A stretch of DNA of 64,000 nucleotides from Callorhinchus milii. Taxonomy: Eukaryota. Shown here piece after piece: positions 62,952-64,000 of this stretch. The first letter of the stretch is position 1. Each line of letters opens with the position of its first letter. The notes under the pieces are model-generated. The model worked only from the letters and a program-made list of their open reading frames with translations. It was not told the DNA's origin and did no database searches. The stretch is taken from NCBI RefSeq assembly GCF_018977255.1, contig NW_024704742.1, positions 26,104,001 to 26,168,000 of the forward strand, in the 5' to 3' direction. The position numbers and the translations under genes were made by a program.

Positions 62952-63013
62952 CTCACTATCCATCATTTGGAATATGTCCTTATATGCCATATAGACTTGG
63001 AAAGAATTGATAC
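62952..63013 (-). CDS. CRMP1: CRMP1 exon (GINSFQVYMAYKDIFQMMDSE)
   Basis: 62 nt, AG/GT. Confidence 0.94.
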
Positions 63014-64000
63014 CTGTTTGAAACAAAGAAAATACATTTATCAGAGATTGCAATACAATATATCAACTGTTTAATTTTGTATCAATCACCAAATCATGGT
63101 ACTTAATTATGGAGATATTTTCATAAACCTGAATAACATTATTTTAGAATTAAACTCTGGAGGAAGAGCACTTCAAGTTCTGGCTGACAATGGTCTAGGA
63201 CCTGGCTCATTGGCAGGACCTGTTGCATTTGACACCCAACAACTGTAGATTTGAAGTCCCTGTGAACTTCCTGGTGACACAACACAGCTCAGCATAAAAT
63301 GCATGACAGCATTGCCACAGTCTTCCTGCCTACAGCTCGAATACCCACCCCTACCTATTGAGCAATGGTTCCACCAGTTGGAGGTGCGAAACTTAAGCAG
63401 CAGCTCTCTGCAATCCATTCAAGATGGACCCAAACCTTGGATAAATGAGGGTATGTTCACAAACCGAGAGCTTTTGCTATCCCAATAATAAAATCTAATG
63501 AACATAAGTAAGCTCAGCAGCAGAAAAATATATTGTGTAGACATTTGGTTGTTTTAAATCTTTTTTTTAATGACCTGCTCTGTGTCAATTGTTTTCTCTC
63601 AGAAAGACTATGTGGCAGCATTAAAATAAAGTACATTCCCAGTGAATGAACTACCCTCCAAACAAATACAATACAATTTCACTTATATTGTGCCTTTCAC
63701 ATCAGTGAGATGTTTCAAGTTGTTTTACACTGCTGGTGAGCCATCCAAGCCGGGGACAGGGATAGATGGGAGCCCAAGAGAGTGGGAGGGGAAAGATGTC
63801 GGAAAGCATGGTCAAAGAGGTCAAGTCTTGAGGCAGGATTAAACCACAGTGCTTGGACTAATGTGGTGAACAAACAACACAGGATTAAACAACTTTGACA
63901 ATTGTTTTTAAATCAGTTCATATAGTCCTGGCTCGATTTAATAGGTAATTGAATCATGGAACCAAGCATTGCTCATTATACAATTAGGAATTAGCCATAA

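Larger units (their letters stand above)
44302..63013 (-). other. CRMP1: CRMP1 (DPYSL1, collapsin response mediator protein 1) gene, last 10 coding exons; 5' exons lie right of the window
   Basis: Dihydropyrimidinase-related peptide. C-terminus [21 protein letters not shown] and [10 protein letters not shown] match the recalled CRMP1 paralog; synteny with EVC agrees. Confidence 0.95.

Overview
Vertebrate genomic DNA, most likely a cartilaginous fish (holocephalan/elephant-shark-like, inferred only from the SINE/CR1/L2 repeat content). The window holds the EVC2-EVC-CRMP1 block. (1) The 5' part of EVC2/limbin is on the minus strand: 7 exons traced from 17348 down to 2611; the gene continues off the left edge and its first exon was not located. 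(2) A CpG-island bidirectional promoter lies at ~19000-20030, with two oppositely oriented ZNF143/Staf motifs, next to a ~0.77 kb G-rich 18-bp minisatellite. (3) A complete EVC gene is on the plus strand: 20 coding exons, 20034-39979, 923 aa by my count, with one probable GC-AG intron. (4) The last 10 coding exons of CRMP1/DPYSL1 are on the minus strand (63013 to 44302), tail-to-tail with EVC. Two intact intron-containing tRNA-Tyr(GTA) genes lie antisense inside an EVC2 intron. The rest is introns with CORE-like and Deu-like tRNA SINEs that share an L2-type tail, CR1 and L2 LINE fragments, small DNA-transposon relics and tandem repeats. I see no convincing novel protein-coding system; the most interesting signals are regulatory or structural. 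Protein comparisons rest on recalled human sequences, not on a database search.
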